A DNA stretch of 64,000 bases. Origin: a virus (taxonomy: Duplodnaviria > Caudoviricetes). Below the pieces are notes generated by a model. That model was not told the DNA's origin and made no database searches. It saw only the letters and a program-made list of their open reading frames with translations. The first letter of the stretch is position 1, and every line of letters begins with the position of its first letter. Of the stretch, positions 27,280-37,708 are shown one piece after another. A program made the translations under genes and the position numbers. The stretch spans positions 30,581 to 94,580 of the IMG/VR virus record IMGVR_UViG_3300021400_000056. The stretch is one strand, 5' to 3'.

Positions 27280-30200
27280 TTACACTCTCCTTTCCGTACG
27301 TGCGGCTCTAATAAGACTTCTAACAGCCGTTGCCACGTTGCTTCCATCGTCATAAGACACATTACCCATACTGTAATTATTAACCGTCTGCGGGTTATTT
27401 ATAAGATCGTCTCTTAGACCATTAATTGCAGAAACAACATCTTCGTTTGTCATGCGATATGTTGCACCAGGAGCATTTCCTGCTACGGCAAGGCCAAGGC
27501 CAATAGACCCATTAGGAAGAAGGCTGTTAATCATGCCGGCACCATTCTCAATATCAGTTAGATCAAGAACGGGTTTGATTGTAGGGTCGAGGTCGAGATC
27601 GCCATTTAATATAGCTCCGGCTCTCTGAAGACCGTCTTTTGTCGACTCAATCGCCATCTTAGCTGATTCTTTACCTGCTTCACCGATACCTTTTATCTTA
27701 TTTCTAAGACCGATGATAAAGCCTTCGCCCATGTAGCCGCCGACCTTCATCATGACTCGTGAAGGCGATTTAATCTTACCGTACTTTTCAGCTTCTTTCT
27801 TATAAGCTTCAGCCGCTCTTCTACCAGCTGCACGAATAGCTGAAAGCTTGCTATCAAGACCTCGAACAAATCCTTCGCCCATATTCTGGCCGGTAGAATG
27901 CATACTTACACCTGACACACCATTTCTTGCTGCTGACGCAAGCCCACTAGCCGCAGATCTAACAGCTCCAGACGCAGATCGAAGTCCCGCTGCAAGGCCG
28001 TTACCCATAGTAACTCCAGCCCTTGAGAACTGAGGAATAACAGTCTGAATGGCTTTAAGCGAATCCATAGCCATCTTTGTCATGGCCGTCTTAACTTTCG
28101 GCGTTGTTTTCTGTATTCCCTGTGCTGTTCCTTCTGGAATGCCAGAGCCAATATCCGCAAATACCTTCGAAGGTGAGTTAATCTGCCAAAGTCCTCTTAA
28201 TTGTTCAGGGAGCATATCACCCATATTATTAATTGGCTCAGTAGCGGCACCAAGATTTGACGTGATACCTTCTCCAGTACCCTCAGTAAGCCCGGCACCA
28301 AGATCCACTCCAGATGCACTGAGATCGATATCAGCAACGCCATTTTGAAGTGCTCCGCCAAGGTTATCGGTTATCATGCTCTGAACATTGCTGAAATCTG
28401 CCCCCGCGACATTTTGCTCAAACATCGCGCCGAGATCTAAGTTCATTTCACCAGATCCAGCAGCGTCATTAATCTGAGCGAGCACATCGTCAACGGCACC
28501 AGTTGCTTCAGCGGAATTATCTTTCACACCTTTTGCCGTCTGATGCATAAATTCTTTACCGTATGTCTCGCCATCTTTGGCCATGTCTTTACCGGTTTTC
28601 TCAGCGGTTTTTCCAAACTTACCAACTGTTCCAGTGAATTTCTTTTCGCCACTCTTTACACCATCAGTAAGGCCGTTTGCATAATTCTGACCGATCTTCT
28701 TTGATTCTTCAGGTTTAAGCTTTTCAGCCATACCAGAACGCCAACCCTCAAGCTTTTCAGTGATCCATTCTGTACCCGGAATCTTAGATATAAGACCTCC
28801 TAACCCGTCTACGATAAGATTGATGAAGCCCATAAGAATTCCTTTCAGAGCATTACCAATTGGACCAGCAGCGGACTGTACTCCTTGAACAACACCTTGC
28901 ACTATACCCTGAAGAAGACCACCAATAAACGCAGGAAGAGCAAGCATCAAGTTGCCTATCGCCGCCATAATCTGAATGAAAAGCGAAACGATACCTGCTA
29001 TAATATTAGGAAGCTGAGATATAAGCCAACCGGGAAGTTGCCCAATTAACTGTAAAATCTTGTCAAGAACAACCGGTGCATACGTAACAATTGCTTGTCC
29101 AATGAAACTAAATATATTACCAATTCCGGTTATGATCTTATCAGCAAGCTCAGGAAGTCTTGACACAAGGTCTCCGATTCCTAAGAATATAGCAGTAACT
29201 GCAGCAATAACCACTCCAACCACTGCTAATAAACCAGCTAAACCGTGAGACAATAACACCATCCCGGCACCGGCCATTAAACAGGCTGCTCCGAATGAAA
29301 GTAATGCACCACAAAGAAGTAACATTCCTGGCATTACCATTCCGGCTAGTGCGGCAACCCCAACAAACGTAAGCAACCCAGCAGCTATAACTACTATACC
29401 CTTCATGGCCGTTTCCGCGGTCTTTCCAAGAAGCAATAATACTGGCGCTAATAGGCCCATTGCTCCAGCAAGAACGATCATTGCAGCAGCACCAACCAAT
29501 GCTTTTGCACCGAATTTATCGCCAACAAGCCCGGCAAGCGCCGCAATACCTGCCATTGCAGCTCCAAGAAATGCAATTGTTACTGCACCAGCCATAGCAA
29601 CTTCGGATAACTGACCGAGCAGCAACACGACCGGAACAAGCAAAATAAGAGCTACCGTAATAACAGCAATACCACTTGCCGCTTTACCGATATTTGATTG
29701 ATTAAGCGCCTTAGCTAAAATCGCGAACATACCAATTAGAGCGCCAACACCAAGTAAACCTTTCCCTATTTCGGCCATGCCCATTCCTGAGAACAGAACG
29801 GCAACAGAGGCAAGCTTAGAAATTGCAGCGGCCATTGCATAAATGGCGACACCAGTGCCGGCGTCTAGGTTTTTAGTGCAATCATTTAATTTCTTTACAA
29901 GAATATACAGAAAAGCGCCAATACCAATCATTAACGCGGTGACTTGAAGAGCCTTATTTGCGTCCATCTCAAGACTAGCTAGTTTTGCTACAACACCTGC
30001 TATTATGCCGACAGCGACCGCAATTAGTGCTATTGCGGCGGCCTTCGAAATAATGCTTAAAGCTTTCTTTATAATTTTCTGAAGACCGGATAAGAAACCA
30101 TCAAGCATGTCCACAAGGGGGTTACTGTCCTCTCCGCCTCCAGCTTTTGCATTAACAATCTTACCAATAACAGCGGCAAGAATAGCTATCATACCTATTA

Positions 30201-32508
30201 TAAGGGCGAGATCGACCGCCACATTTGCTAGCTTCTGAGAGTCAACAAATGTTAAGGCAATAATCGAGAGTGTTAATATACCAATCGCGGCCGCAACTTT
30301 AAGAAGAATATTTGCCCTAAGGTCATTCTGGTATGTCTTAAGCGCTCCAGCGAGATTATTAAGAGACTTGTTAATTCCCTTAGGAATATTACTAATGTTC
30401 TTTACAAACTTGCTGACATCGCCAGATGCTTTCTTAAGGTTTCTAAAAAGTCCTGCAACCTGCATTACAAAATATAAAAGGACGCCTACTTTCGCGCCCT
30501 TAAGTGCTTTGTTAAAATCGATTTTAGCAAGGCCTTCGAGAATTCCATCACCGAGTCCTTTTGTCGATTCTTTTGCCTTGTCTTTTAATTCAGCGGCATT
30601 GCCTAAGAATTTATCATACAGATCAGAAACGGATCCAAGTGCATTTCCAAGCTTTGAGTTTTCGGGAACTGCTTTAAAAATCTTATCAAATGCACTCTTA
30701 ACTCTATCGCCAAGCTCATCTATGGACGGCAAATTCTCGATAAGACCTTTTGCTGAATCCCAAATATACTTGAATACATCTCCAATACTATTGAAACCGG
30801 AAAAATCTGGTGCTGAAATATGCTCAGAGAAGAACTTACTAATAGACTCAAATGCCTGCCCGCCAAGCTCTTTAATTGTATTAAAAATCGGCGTAATAAC
30901 CGACATTAATTTATTAAATGTGGTTTGCAAAATTCCGCTTTGCTTAATCCATTCAACAGTTCCGCTTATTACTCTCCCGATTGCACCGGTAATTGACAAT
31001 ATTACAGATATTACTTTCCCAAGCACAGTTTGAAGAGGGAAAATTAGTTTTGTAGCTAAGCCTAAAACTTTAGCAACTGCTCCAATGATCGTAAAAACAC
31101 CTTTAAACGTGTCCTTGAGATTCCCAGCCTCGGTTTTACCAAGCTTCATCCTCGCTGTGAATTTTTGGAAATCTAAGGACAACTTTTTCAATTTCAATGC
31201 CGTCATAGGCGGAAAGATTTCACGAAATGCTTCTTTTATAGGCTTAATTACACTAAGAAGTCCTTGAAAGGCGTTAGATATACCGTTTAATATATCGGTT
31301 CTTCCGCCCATATCCTTCCAACCTTGAAGAAGGTTATTTCTAGCATCTGACATATCGCCAATAACTCCGCTAAGAACATTGTTAAGAGCTGTCCACATAT
31401 CCTTTGCTTCTTCAAGATTACCAAACAAGATCTCGAACGTCTGAGCCCATCCAGAACCGGCAGCTTCCTGAAGGGAGTCCATCATCTGAGTGAATGTCTT
31501 TACTTCTGTTGCCGCTTTTGAAGCCTGCACACCGAGTTCCATTATCTGCTTTACTTTTTCTTCGTCTTGGTAAATACCCATCAGCTGATCGTGATACGTC
31601 TGCTTTTCGGTTTCGTTCATCTCCTCAACGTTTTTCGAGTAATTAGCTAATGTCTGAGTAAGAACTTCTGAAGTCATCCACTGATGGGCCAAAGAGTCAT
31701 TAAAATTCACTACTGAGTCAAATGCGTTAGAAACTTTACCCTGCATATTTGTTGTCGTGGAAACGTACTTATCTCCTTCTTTAACTAACGTTCCCATGGC
31801 AACGGCAGTGTCGATGAGCTGCTGCTTGAACTCCTTGGTGCCCATATTTGCATTCTCGATTGACCTCCAGTCGAGCAGTTTTACCGAGCCTGACGACAAC
31901 GCTTGCGAGAAGTTATACATAGCTCTAGAGGCTTCTGCGGCACTTGCTCCCGATCGTGCGGCCTCGTTACTAATTCCCTTCATCGCATTAACTGCATCTT
32001 CTAATTTAACTCCGTTATTGGTAAATTTACCAATATTGCTGGTCATATCTTTGAATGAATAAATAGTTTTATCGGAATATGTATTTAAATCGTTTAAGTA
32101 TTTATTGACTGTTTCGACACTTTCGCCAGTGCTAGCCATAATCGTCTGAACAGATCCCATTTTGAGTTCATATTCAGCGAAACCATCTTTAACAGGCTTA
32201 ACCGTAAACGAATCAACCAACTTTTTACCGGCATTAACCGCGGAATTGGTAATGTTAGATAACGCAGTCATAGCGACTACTTCCATGGCCGAGAACTTCA
32301 TCTGCACAGTTTCTGCCGCGCTTCCGAGTCCGCCAAGATTAAAACCCTTAGCCTTTGCGCTTATGTCGTCAATTCCTTTTGCGGCTCCATCAAGTTTAAG
32401 GCCCTGCTTTAATTTATCCAAAGTGCCTAAGCTTGTATTAACGCCTTGCTCGAATTGCCGGTTATCAAAACTTAGTTCTACAACCTTGGAATCAACCGCT
32501 TGACTCAT
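27280..32508 (-). CDS. Tape measure protein
   Basis: 1742 aa, Ala/Gly-rich with a hydrophobic central region; INSPSKVF and IKSPSRVM motifs. Confidence 0.95.
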   Translation of the reverse strand: MSQAVDSKVVELSFDNRQFEQGVNTSLGTLDKLKQGLKLDGAAKGIDDISAKAKGFNLGGLGSAAETVQMKFSAMEVVAMTALSNITNSAVNAGKKLVDSFTVKPVKDGFAEYELKMGSVQTIMASTGESVETVNKYLNDLNTYSDKTIYSFKDMTSNIGKFTNNGVKLEDAVNAMKGISNEAARSGASAAEASRAMYNFSQALSSGSVKLLDWRSIENANMGTKEFKQQLIDTAVAMGTLVKEGDKYVSTTTNMQGKVSNAFDSVVNFNDSLAHQWMTSEVLTQTLANYSKNVEEMNETEKQTYHDQLMGIYQDEEKVKQIMELGVQASKAATEVKTFTQMMDSLQEAAGSGWAQTFEILFGNLEEAKDMWTALNNVLSGVIGDMSDARNNLLQGWKDMGGRTDILNGISNAFQGLLSVIKPIKEAFREIFPPMTALKLKKLSLDFQKFTARMKLGKTEAGNLKDTFKGVFTIIGAVAKVLGLATKLIFPLQTVLGKVISVILSITGAIGRVISGTVEWIKQSGILQTTFNKLMSVITPIFNTIKELGGQAFESISKFFSEHISAPDFSGFNSIGDVFKYIWDSAKGLIENLPSIDELGDRVKSAFDKIFKAVPENSKLGNALGSVSDLYDKFLGNAAELKDKAKESTKGLGDGILEGLAKIDFNKALKGAKVGVLLYFVMQVAGLFRNLKKASGDVSKFVKNISNIPKGINKSLNNLAGALKTYQNDLRANILLKVAAAIGILTLSIIALTFVDSQKLANVAVDLALIIGMIAILAAVIGKIVNAKAGGGEDSNPLVDMLDGFLSGLQKIIKKALSIISKAAAIALIAVAVGIIAGVVAKLASLEMDANKALQVTALMIGIGAFLYILVKKLNDCTKNLDAGTGVAIYAMAAAISKLASVAVLFSGMGMAEIGKGLLGVGALIGMFAILAKALNQSNIGKAASGIAVITVALILLVPVVLLLGQLSEVAMAGAVTIAFLGAAMAGIAALAGLVGDKFGAKALVGAAAMIVLAGAMGLLAPVLLLLGKTAETAMKGIVVIAAGLLTFVGVAALAGMVMPGMLLLCGALLSFGAACLMAGAGMVLLSHGLAGLLAVVGVVIAAVTAIFLGIGDLVSRLPELADKIITGIGNIFSFIGQAIVTYAPVVLDKILQLIGQLPGWLISQLPNIIAGIVSLFIQIMAAIGNLMLALPAFIGGLLQGIVQGVVQGVQSAAGPIGNALKGILMGFINLIVDGLGGLISKIPGTEWITEKLEGWRSGMAEKLKPEESKKIGQNYANGLTDGVKSGEKKFTGTVGKFGKTAEKTGKDMAKDGETYGKEFMHQTAKGVKDNSAEATGAVDDVLAQINDAAGSGEMNLDLGAMFEQNVAGADFSNVQSMITDNLGGALQNGVADIDLSASGVDLGAGLTEGTGEGITSNLGAATEPINNMGDMLPEQLRGLWQINSPSKVFADIGSGIPEGTAQGIQKTTPKVKTAMTKMAMDSLKAIQTVIPQFSRAGVTMGNGLAAGLRSASGAVRSAASGLASAARNGVSGVSMHSTGQNMGEGFVRGLDSKLSAIRAAGRRAAEAYKKEAEKYGKIKSPSRVMMKVGGYMGEGFIIGLRNKIKGIGEAGKESAKMAIESTKDGLQRAGAILNGDLDLDPTIKPVLDLTDIENGAGMINSLLPNGSIGLGLAVAGNAPGATYRMTNEDVVSAINGLRDDLINNPQTVNNYSMGNVSYDDGSNVATAVRSLIRAARTERRV

Positions 32509-32882
32509 ATCTTAGTTACCTCCTTCCACGCTTCCTCAGCTATTTTGTCAAATATAGGCTGAATAGCTGGATTAATATAATCTCTGCCTTCTACCCATCC
32601 TCCGGTCCCTGTGCCATGGCCGTATTGCAGGATAATGGCAATCGGCACTCCGTTATTAATATTCGAATTATGAAACTCGATTGACGATTTTGTTTCGCCA
32701 GGCACAACCTTGTAACTCCACGAAGAAGCAGTCAGACCCGTAGATCTAGGTGTTGCTTGTGATAGCGCCTCAACTCCTTCCTGACCGTATCTCTCAAGAA
32801 CTTTTAAATATTGCGGAGTTTTGTTTTTCATCAAATAGTTTCTAATTCGATCGTAGTTTCCGTGCTCTTTTAAGCGAAACAT
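32505..32882 (-). CDS. HK97 gp10-like tail completion protein
   Basis: ATP..TG.TA.SW, LQYGHGT, GRDYINPA. Confidence 0.8.
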   Translation of the reverse strand: MFRLKEHGNYDRIRNYLMKNKTPQYLKVLERYGQEGVEALSQATPRSTGLTASSWSYKVVPGETKSSIEFHNSNINNGVPIAIILQYGHGTGTGGWVEGRDYINPAIQPIFDKIAEEAWKEVTKI

Positions 32883-32886
32883 ATCG

Positions 32887-33261
32887 TTATTCCTTATTTA
32901 CTTTAATTTCCTCTAAAACACCGTTTATAAACTTTGCCGATTCTTCGGAATTTGATATAAGTTCTGTCATAAGTACAGAATATGCTTCAGTCTCGATGAA
33001 AGATCTGGTGATTTCGTCTGACTTCATAAACCGTCGCCCGTCCTCACTTTTCTTTCCATACGACCTAAGAACAATATCTTTTACCATCTTAATAAGTGCC
33101 GCTTTATCATCTTCTTCGACACATTTCCTTACGTATTCCGTTAAATTGCCATCTATACTTAACGCAAATTCAAGAGCCTCAACTCGGTTAAGATTGAATT
33201 CAAAGTTCTCGGTTCTCTCATTGTCATTGTAGTCAACATATGTAATTCTCTTTGTAAGCAT
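32887..33261 (-). CDS. Tail assembly chaperone
   Basis: ITYVDYN.NER.E.F.FNL, YGKKSEDGRRF; lies between major tail and TMP. Confidence 0.75.
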   Translation of the reverse strand: MLTKRITYVDYNDNERTENFEFNLNRVEALEFALSIDGNLTEYVRKCVEEDDKAALIKMVKDIVLRSYGKKSEDGRRFMKSDEITRSFIETEAYSVLMTELISNSEESAKFINGVLEEIKVNKE

Positions 33262-33270
33262 AGGTCCTCC

Positions 33271-33813
33271 TTATCCTCTACTATGAAGAGCTTTTCTCCT
33301 TGATGCATTAAGAGCGCTTCTCTGTTGAAGAGCGCTAAGTGTATTGCCCTTTTTAGGCGGGGTGTTCTTAATCGAACAAAGCCTAATAAGAGCTAGCAAA
33401 CGGTTAAGATGCCACTTTTGGCACTCCATTGGTATTCCAAGCGTTATCATCCAATAATAAATGAGCTCACTTGTTATGAGCTCACCTCTGCCTCGATTCT
33501 CATCTTCTCTGAATTTTCTTGCAGTCATTGAATCATCTATATATGCATTAATCTCCTCAAACATCTCCGGAGTTATTGCGCTATAGACGAGCGGATTAAC
33601 TTTTTGTGTGAGCGTCATACATCTCACGTAATCTATTGATTCTTCCCAAGTTTTTGGAACATTACTTAAAAACGGTTTATGCCATTTCGCTTCCCATTTT
33701 GAAAGAGAGACCAAAGAGTGCTTGATAACAATTGTTTGCTCTTTGACCTCTACAAACTCATTCTTACGCTCGTCGTAGAATTCTCTGGCGGGTATGGTTA
33801 TCTCTTTTTGCGT
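33271..33813 (-). CDS. Tail assembly chaperone-associated protein, probably starting at a non-canonical ACG
   Basis: Frame is open upstream of the called start: GAGGA-8 nt-ACG QKEITIPAREFYDE...HSLVSLSKWE. Confidence 0.7.
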   Translation of the reverse strand, partial: TQKEITIPAREFYDERKNEFVEVKEQTIVIKHSLVSLSKWEAKWHKPFLSNVPKTWEESIDYVRCMTLTQKVNPLVYSAITPEMFEEINAYIDDSMTARKFREDENRGRGELITSELIYYWMITLGIPMECQKWHLNRLLALIRLCSIKNTPPKKGNTLSALQQRSALNASRRKALHSRG

Positions 33814-33845
33814 TTCTTTGGTCCTCGTGTTGTACTAGTTTGATA

Positions 33846-34307
33846 TCAACTGTTATCCTGAAAACTGTAAACAGGATAATCGTCAAGGGAGGTACAGGAA
33901 AGTTCCATTCCTCTAAACCTGCCGTCATTATCAATGTATGTTGCTAATGCAAAATGCGCATTCACACTTTCTTCAGTATCGCCGGGAAACAAGGTAAACG
34001 ACACAAGATTAGCCGTCATAGCGGTTTGGCCCTCATTCGCTTTAAATGTAACCGTTAGCCCAGCATTTACTGCGGCAATAATTTCGTGTGCTGTTTTTGT
34101 TGCGGTATACAATATATTGCCATGATCTTCAGATACATTTAACGGCACAAAAAACGTTCCACCACCAGAGCCAGATCCACTACCAGAACTACCATTTCCA
34201 GCTACTTCTTCTAACTTGTTAACCCATTCCTCGATGTTAGAAGCCGATGTGTTTTCGTCTCCGCCCATCTTTACGTAGAGGGATTTAAGTTTATCTACTA
34301 TAGCCAT
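33846..34307 (-). CDS. MAITDKLQ-module family (copy 2, MAIVDKLK)
   Basis: Shared N-terminus plus GS linker. Confidence 0.8.
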   Translation of the reverse strand: MAIVDKLKSLYVKMGGDENTSASNIEEWVNKLEEVAGNGSSGSGSGSGGGTFFVPLNVSEDHGNILYTATKTAHEIIAAVNAGLTVTFKANEGQTAMTANLVSFTLFPGDTEESVNAHFALATYIDNDGRFRGMELSCTSLDDYPVYSFQDNS

Positions 34308-34324
34308 TTTGAATTGCTCTCCTT

Positions 34325-34370
34325 ACTTTTTATAAAAAGAAGAGGGAGGATAATTTTTACCCTCCCAATC
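34325..34370 (-). terminator. Terminator after the major tail gene
   Basis: GGGAGGG...TCCTCCC hairpin followed by a T-tract. Confidence 0.6.
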
Positions 34371-34377
34371 CATCCCA

Positions 34378-35058
34378 TCAAGCAGCAAGAATAGAAATAA
34401 CTTCGTCCGGAAGAGGAAGTCTTGCGGCGGTTCCTTCTGCTCCTTCTGCTCCGTCAGTACCGTAAAGGATGTCTTCCAGCGCTTTAAGTTTCGCAGCCTT
34501 ATCGCCAGTGAACTTCGTGGAATCAATGACCAGAGTAGCAGTAGGCTGATGGCCGGTTACAGCAACAGGAGTCGTAGTGACTTCCCAGCTGAAAGTGATC
34601 GCTTCTGGAGAATCGTTCATGGTCTGGTAGCTCTTCTCAGAAGGAGAAGCGGTGCAACCATAGATCAGATGCAGCTTATAACCATAGTTTTCTTTCTGAG
34701 TATCGTTACCAAGAACAGTACGATAGCACAGACCGAAAGGCTGTCTAGCCTGCTGTCCGATGATGACACCGTCAGTAAGCTCAGCAGATCCATCACACAC
34801 GGCAAACTCATCAGGATATGTGTATGCTTCAATCGTAGCGCCAAACTCTTCCTTACTTCTAAGATCCAGATATTTGATATCGTCAGCATAAAGAGGGTTG
34901 GACTCTGCTCCTGAAGGGGACTCAGAAACAGAAGTAAGGCCGTTCCAAGCCACTCCAAGAGGATACGTACCAGAAGCATCCTGAGGATAGAGTACACCCA
35001 TTCTAGTACCAGTTTCATAAAGGCGCTGTCCAACAGCGTCCCATACCAGTTTTGACAT
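34378..35058 (-). CDS. Major tail protein
   Basis: WD..G.R.YETG, GVAWNGLT, YAD.IKY, YKLHLIY. Confidence 0.9.
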   Translation of the reverse strand: MSKLVWDAVGQRLYETGTRMGVLYPQDASGTYPLGVAWNGLTSVSESPSGAESNPLYADDIKYLDLRSKEEFGATIEAYTYPDEFAVCDGSAELTDGVIIGQQARQPFGLCYRTVLGNDTQKENYGYKLHLIYGCTASPSEKSYQTMNDSPEAITFSWEVTTTPVAVTGHQPTATLVIDSTKFTGDKAAKLKALEDILYGTDGAEGAEGTAARLPLPDEVISILAA

Positions 35059-35070
35059 GGCATTTCCTCC

Positions 35071-35379
35071 TTAGAAATAAATCTTGTAAATGTTGTGATT
35101 AAGGTTATCGGAAATAAAGTCCCTTATCCATTCACAATGGGTAAAGGCCTCTTTTAATTCTTCTTTGAAAGTGATGTCGGGATCTTTGGTAATAACGGTA
35201 ACGTCATAGCCGGTGAATGTTAAATAAGCTTTATCGTTAGCTCTTTTAACATCATCTCTTGAAAATTTGTATACGAAACACGGATACTTAAGCTTGACTG
35301 ACTCAGGAGGTTGGAAATAGGTGTTGTTCGAGCCTAATACTTTTTTAAGTTTACGATCAAATTCGTCTCTGTTACTCAT
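35071..35379 (-). CDS. Tail terminator protein
   Basis: YFQPP...LKYPC.VY, ADN/SDNLNH-type motif; synteny. Confidence 0.75.
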   Translation of the reverse strand: MSNRDEFDRKLKKVLGSNNTYFQPPESVKLKYPCFVYKFSRDDVKRANDKAYLTFTGYDVTVITKDPDITFKEELKEAFTHCEWIRDFISDNLNHNIYKIYF

Positions 35380-35692
35380 TGTAAACGCCTCCCAAAGACA
35401 GAATCAATCTTGGATACTGGACTTCGACGCTTTCCACTTTCCATTTCGATCCCATCCATTTGGCATAACGAATCGCATGAAAATTTTCAAATGCGAACGG
35501 ATCGCCAATTATGGAGATTCTATTGCTTACAACGATATCGTCAATGACTTTATTAGAGCCGCTAAATCGTTTAGTGTTCGTTAAAACGTCGCCGTAGTAT
35601 TTTTCCGCTCTTATTTTTTCAACCCATTTCCCAGGATGCTCTTCATCCTCAACAGAAGTAAAGAACCCGATATCATCATAATATTTGTTCAT
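35372..35692 (-). CDS. Head-to-tail stopper
   Basis: YYGDV, ISIIGDPFA, WKV.SVEVQYPRLIL; synteny. Confidence 0.75.
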   Translation of the reverse strand: MNKYYDDIGFFTSVEDEEHPGKWVEKIRAEKYYGDVLTNTKRFSGSNKVIDDIVVSNRISIIGDPFAFENFHAIRYAKWMGSKWKVESVEVQYPRLILSLGGVYNE

Positions 35693-35711
35693 TAGAACCT
35701 CCGAAAATCAA

Positions 35712-35767
35712 AAATTGGAATGGCTAACAAGTCAGGCACCAGAAGAAATTGTCAGCCATTCCATTTT
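35712..35767 (-). terminator. Stem-loop after the capsid gene
   Basis: TGGAATGGCTAACAA / TTGTCAGCCATTCCA inverted repeat. Confidence 0.55.
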
Positions 35768-35783
35768 GAATTACTCAGTTAGA

Positions 35784-37688
35784 TCAAGGATTCTCGGGAT
35801 CCTCTTCGCCGGTCGTGGACGTTGCAGCGCCCTTCAGCACGATTGCAGAGTAAGGACGAATCAGAGCACCGGAGATGCGGGTCTCGATCAGGTATTTCTG
35901 CTGGTTGTAGTCGATATCGAAATCATCGAACATGTTGACTTCGCCGCCCTTATCAGCACCGATGTTATAGTCGTTCAGATTTACGATGATCCCATACACA
36001 GCAGCGCCATCGATCTTGTAGTTGTCAAGAACCGGGCAAGGAACGATACGGGAAACTCTCATTCTTCTAGCCAGAGCTGCCTCGTCAACATACAGCGGAT
36101 GTCCAAGACCATCCTCAAGCAGCATCATCTCGGTGAGAAGCGCCTCGGAAGTGAACATGACCGGCTGACCGGAACCCTTATAATCCTTACGAGCGCGGAT
36201 AGCAGCTTTGATCATGTTCTTCGCAAGATCCTCAGAAGAGGAGCCAGCAGCGACAGCAGCCTTGATGGTGTACAGATCCTTATCAGTAGCGATAGGACGA
36301 ATATGATCCTCTTTGATGTGATCATCGTCAGAAGGGAGACGACCATCACCGATCAGAACCGCACGAGCGATTTCCTCGTCAAGCATCATTCTCATCTCAG
36401 CCTTAAGCCAAGCAACAACATCGAAATCGGTGATGTCCAGAACATCATCACGATCCATCTTCTGTTTCTTGTAGATAGTCTGAGGATCAGTGCTTCTCTT
36501 CAGCAGGCTGAACACCTCGTTCTTCTTCATCTTACCTTTGATGTAACCCTTCGCGCGAGCTTCATCCTCGGTGATGTTTGCGAACACGGATTTGATTCTG
36601 GAGAAAGGAGTATGGTGCGTTCCATCCATAACAACCTTCACCCAGTCATTATCTCTTCTTACAAACTCCGGGACATTGTTGATCGCACGGGCATCCGGGA
36701 ACAGATAGTTCAGGCCGGCAACACCATAATCCATATTCTCAGTGGAAGCCCAGACATCTTCTTCATCGTCTGCATGAGCAAGAACGCCACCCTCAAGATG
36801 GCTCTCAACAGCGTCCTTAAGACTTCCAAGTCTCTTAGCATCGGAGAAGATCATCTCCATATCTTCATGGGACAGATAGTTACCATTTCTCTCAGCGCCT
36901 TCAAATACGTTGTGCTTCATATCTTCTTCGTCTCCTTCATCTTCTTCGTCTTCATCAACACCGGCGTCCTTCAGAGCTTCGCCGATCAGTGCGTATACAA
37001 CAGTCTTCTGCTTGTCGGTAAGAGTGTTAAACACGTCTTCGACAGTCTCATCATCCTCAGTCTTAGGGTTAGAATTAACTTTCTTTTCCTCAGCCATCTT
37101 CTGGTCTCCTTTCGAAGGCGTCTCTTCGGCCTTCATATCATCTTTAGTTTCTTTTTCTTCAGCTTTTGCATCCTGCTCGGTATCTTCCTTCTTCTCATCT
37201 GCATCGTCTTCTTTATCTGCATGAAAGAGATCAAGAAACTCACCGGTAGTGATGATAGCTTCATCATCTGATTCTTCGTACTCATCAGCGCCATGCGCCA
37301 GAAGCAGAGAATCGATAAATGCACCGGGATTCGCCCCAGCCGTAACAAGACTTACTTCTTTAATTACGCCGTGAAGCACATCCCCAGATTTCTGCTTAAG
37401 CTGGTTAGCCCAGATCGAGAGACTTTCAATGTCTCCGTGAGCAACAAGCTTCTTAGCAAGTTCGCCCTTAGGCGTATCGTTAAAATATCCATATGCATAA
37501 ACGCCTTCCGGTCTGTTTTCAAGGATGGCGTGTCCTAAAACCATTTCCGGATCGTTATGAATATGGCTCCATACAATCGGGACTTTGGCTCCATCGCAAT
37601 CTTTAAATGCATCTCTTCTGATAGTACGCCCATCAGAGCATCTAAGATCGTTTTTGGTAGCCCATCCACCAAAGTCATATTTTTTCAT
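35784..37688 (-). CDS. Prohead protease-scaffold-major capsid fusion (HK97 fold)
   Basis: N-terminal protease (W.H.H, LSI, EVSLV..GANPGA), acidic linker, capsid C-terminus (FDDFDIDYNQ.KYL.ETR.SGAL). Confidence 0.92.
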   Translation of the reverse strand: MKKYDFGGWATKNDLRCSDGRTIRRDAFKDCDGAKVPIVWSHIHNDPEMVLGHAILENRPEGVYAYGYFNDTPKGELAKKLVAHGDIESLSIWANQLKQKSGDVLHGVIKEVSLVTAGANPGAFIDSLLLAHGADEYEESDDEAIITTGEFLDLFHADKEDDADEKKEDTEQDAKAEEKETKDDMKAEETPSKGDQKMAEEKKVNSNPKTEDDETVEDVFNTLTDKQKTVVYALIGEALKDAGVDEDEEDEGDEEDMKHNVFEGAERNGNYLSHEDMEMIFSDAKRLGSLKDAVESHLEGGVLAHADDEEDVWASTENMDYGVAGLNYLFPDARAINNVPEFVRRDNDWVKVVMDGTHHTPFSRIKSVFANITEDEARAKGYIKGKMKKNEVFSLLKRSTDPQTIYKKQKMDRDDVLDITDFDVVAWLKAEMRMMLDEEIARAVLIGDGRLPSDDDHIKEDHIRPIATDKDLYTIKAAVAAGSSSEDLAKNMIKAAIRARKDYKGSGQPVMFTSEALLTEMMLLEDGLGHPLYVDEAALARRMRVSRIVPCPVLDNYKIDGAAVYGIIVNLNDYNIGADKGGEVNMFDDFDIDYNQQKYLIETRISGALIRPYSAIVLKGAATSTTGEEDPENP

Positions 37689-37708
37689 TACTAACTCTCC
37701 ATTTTGAA

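Noticed and set aside
30368-31033. 221-aa and other plus-strand ORFs opposite the tape measure and tail genes
   Set aside because: Shadow ORFs fully overlapping well-supported minus-strand genes
35685-37271. 528-aa plus-strand ORF
   Set aside because: Antisense shadow of the strongly codon-biased capsid gene; no RBS or protein-like features
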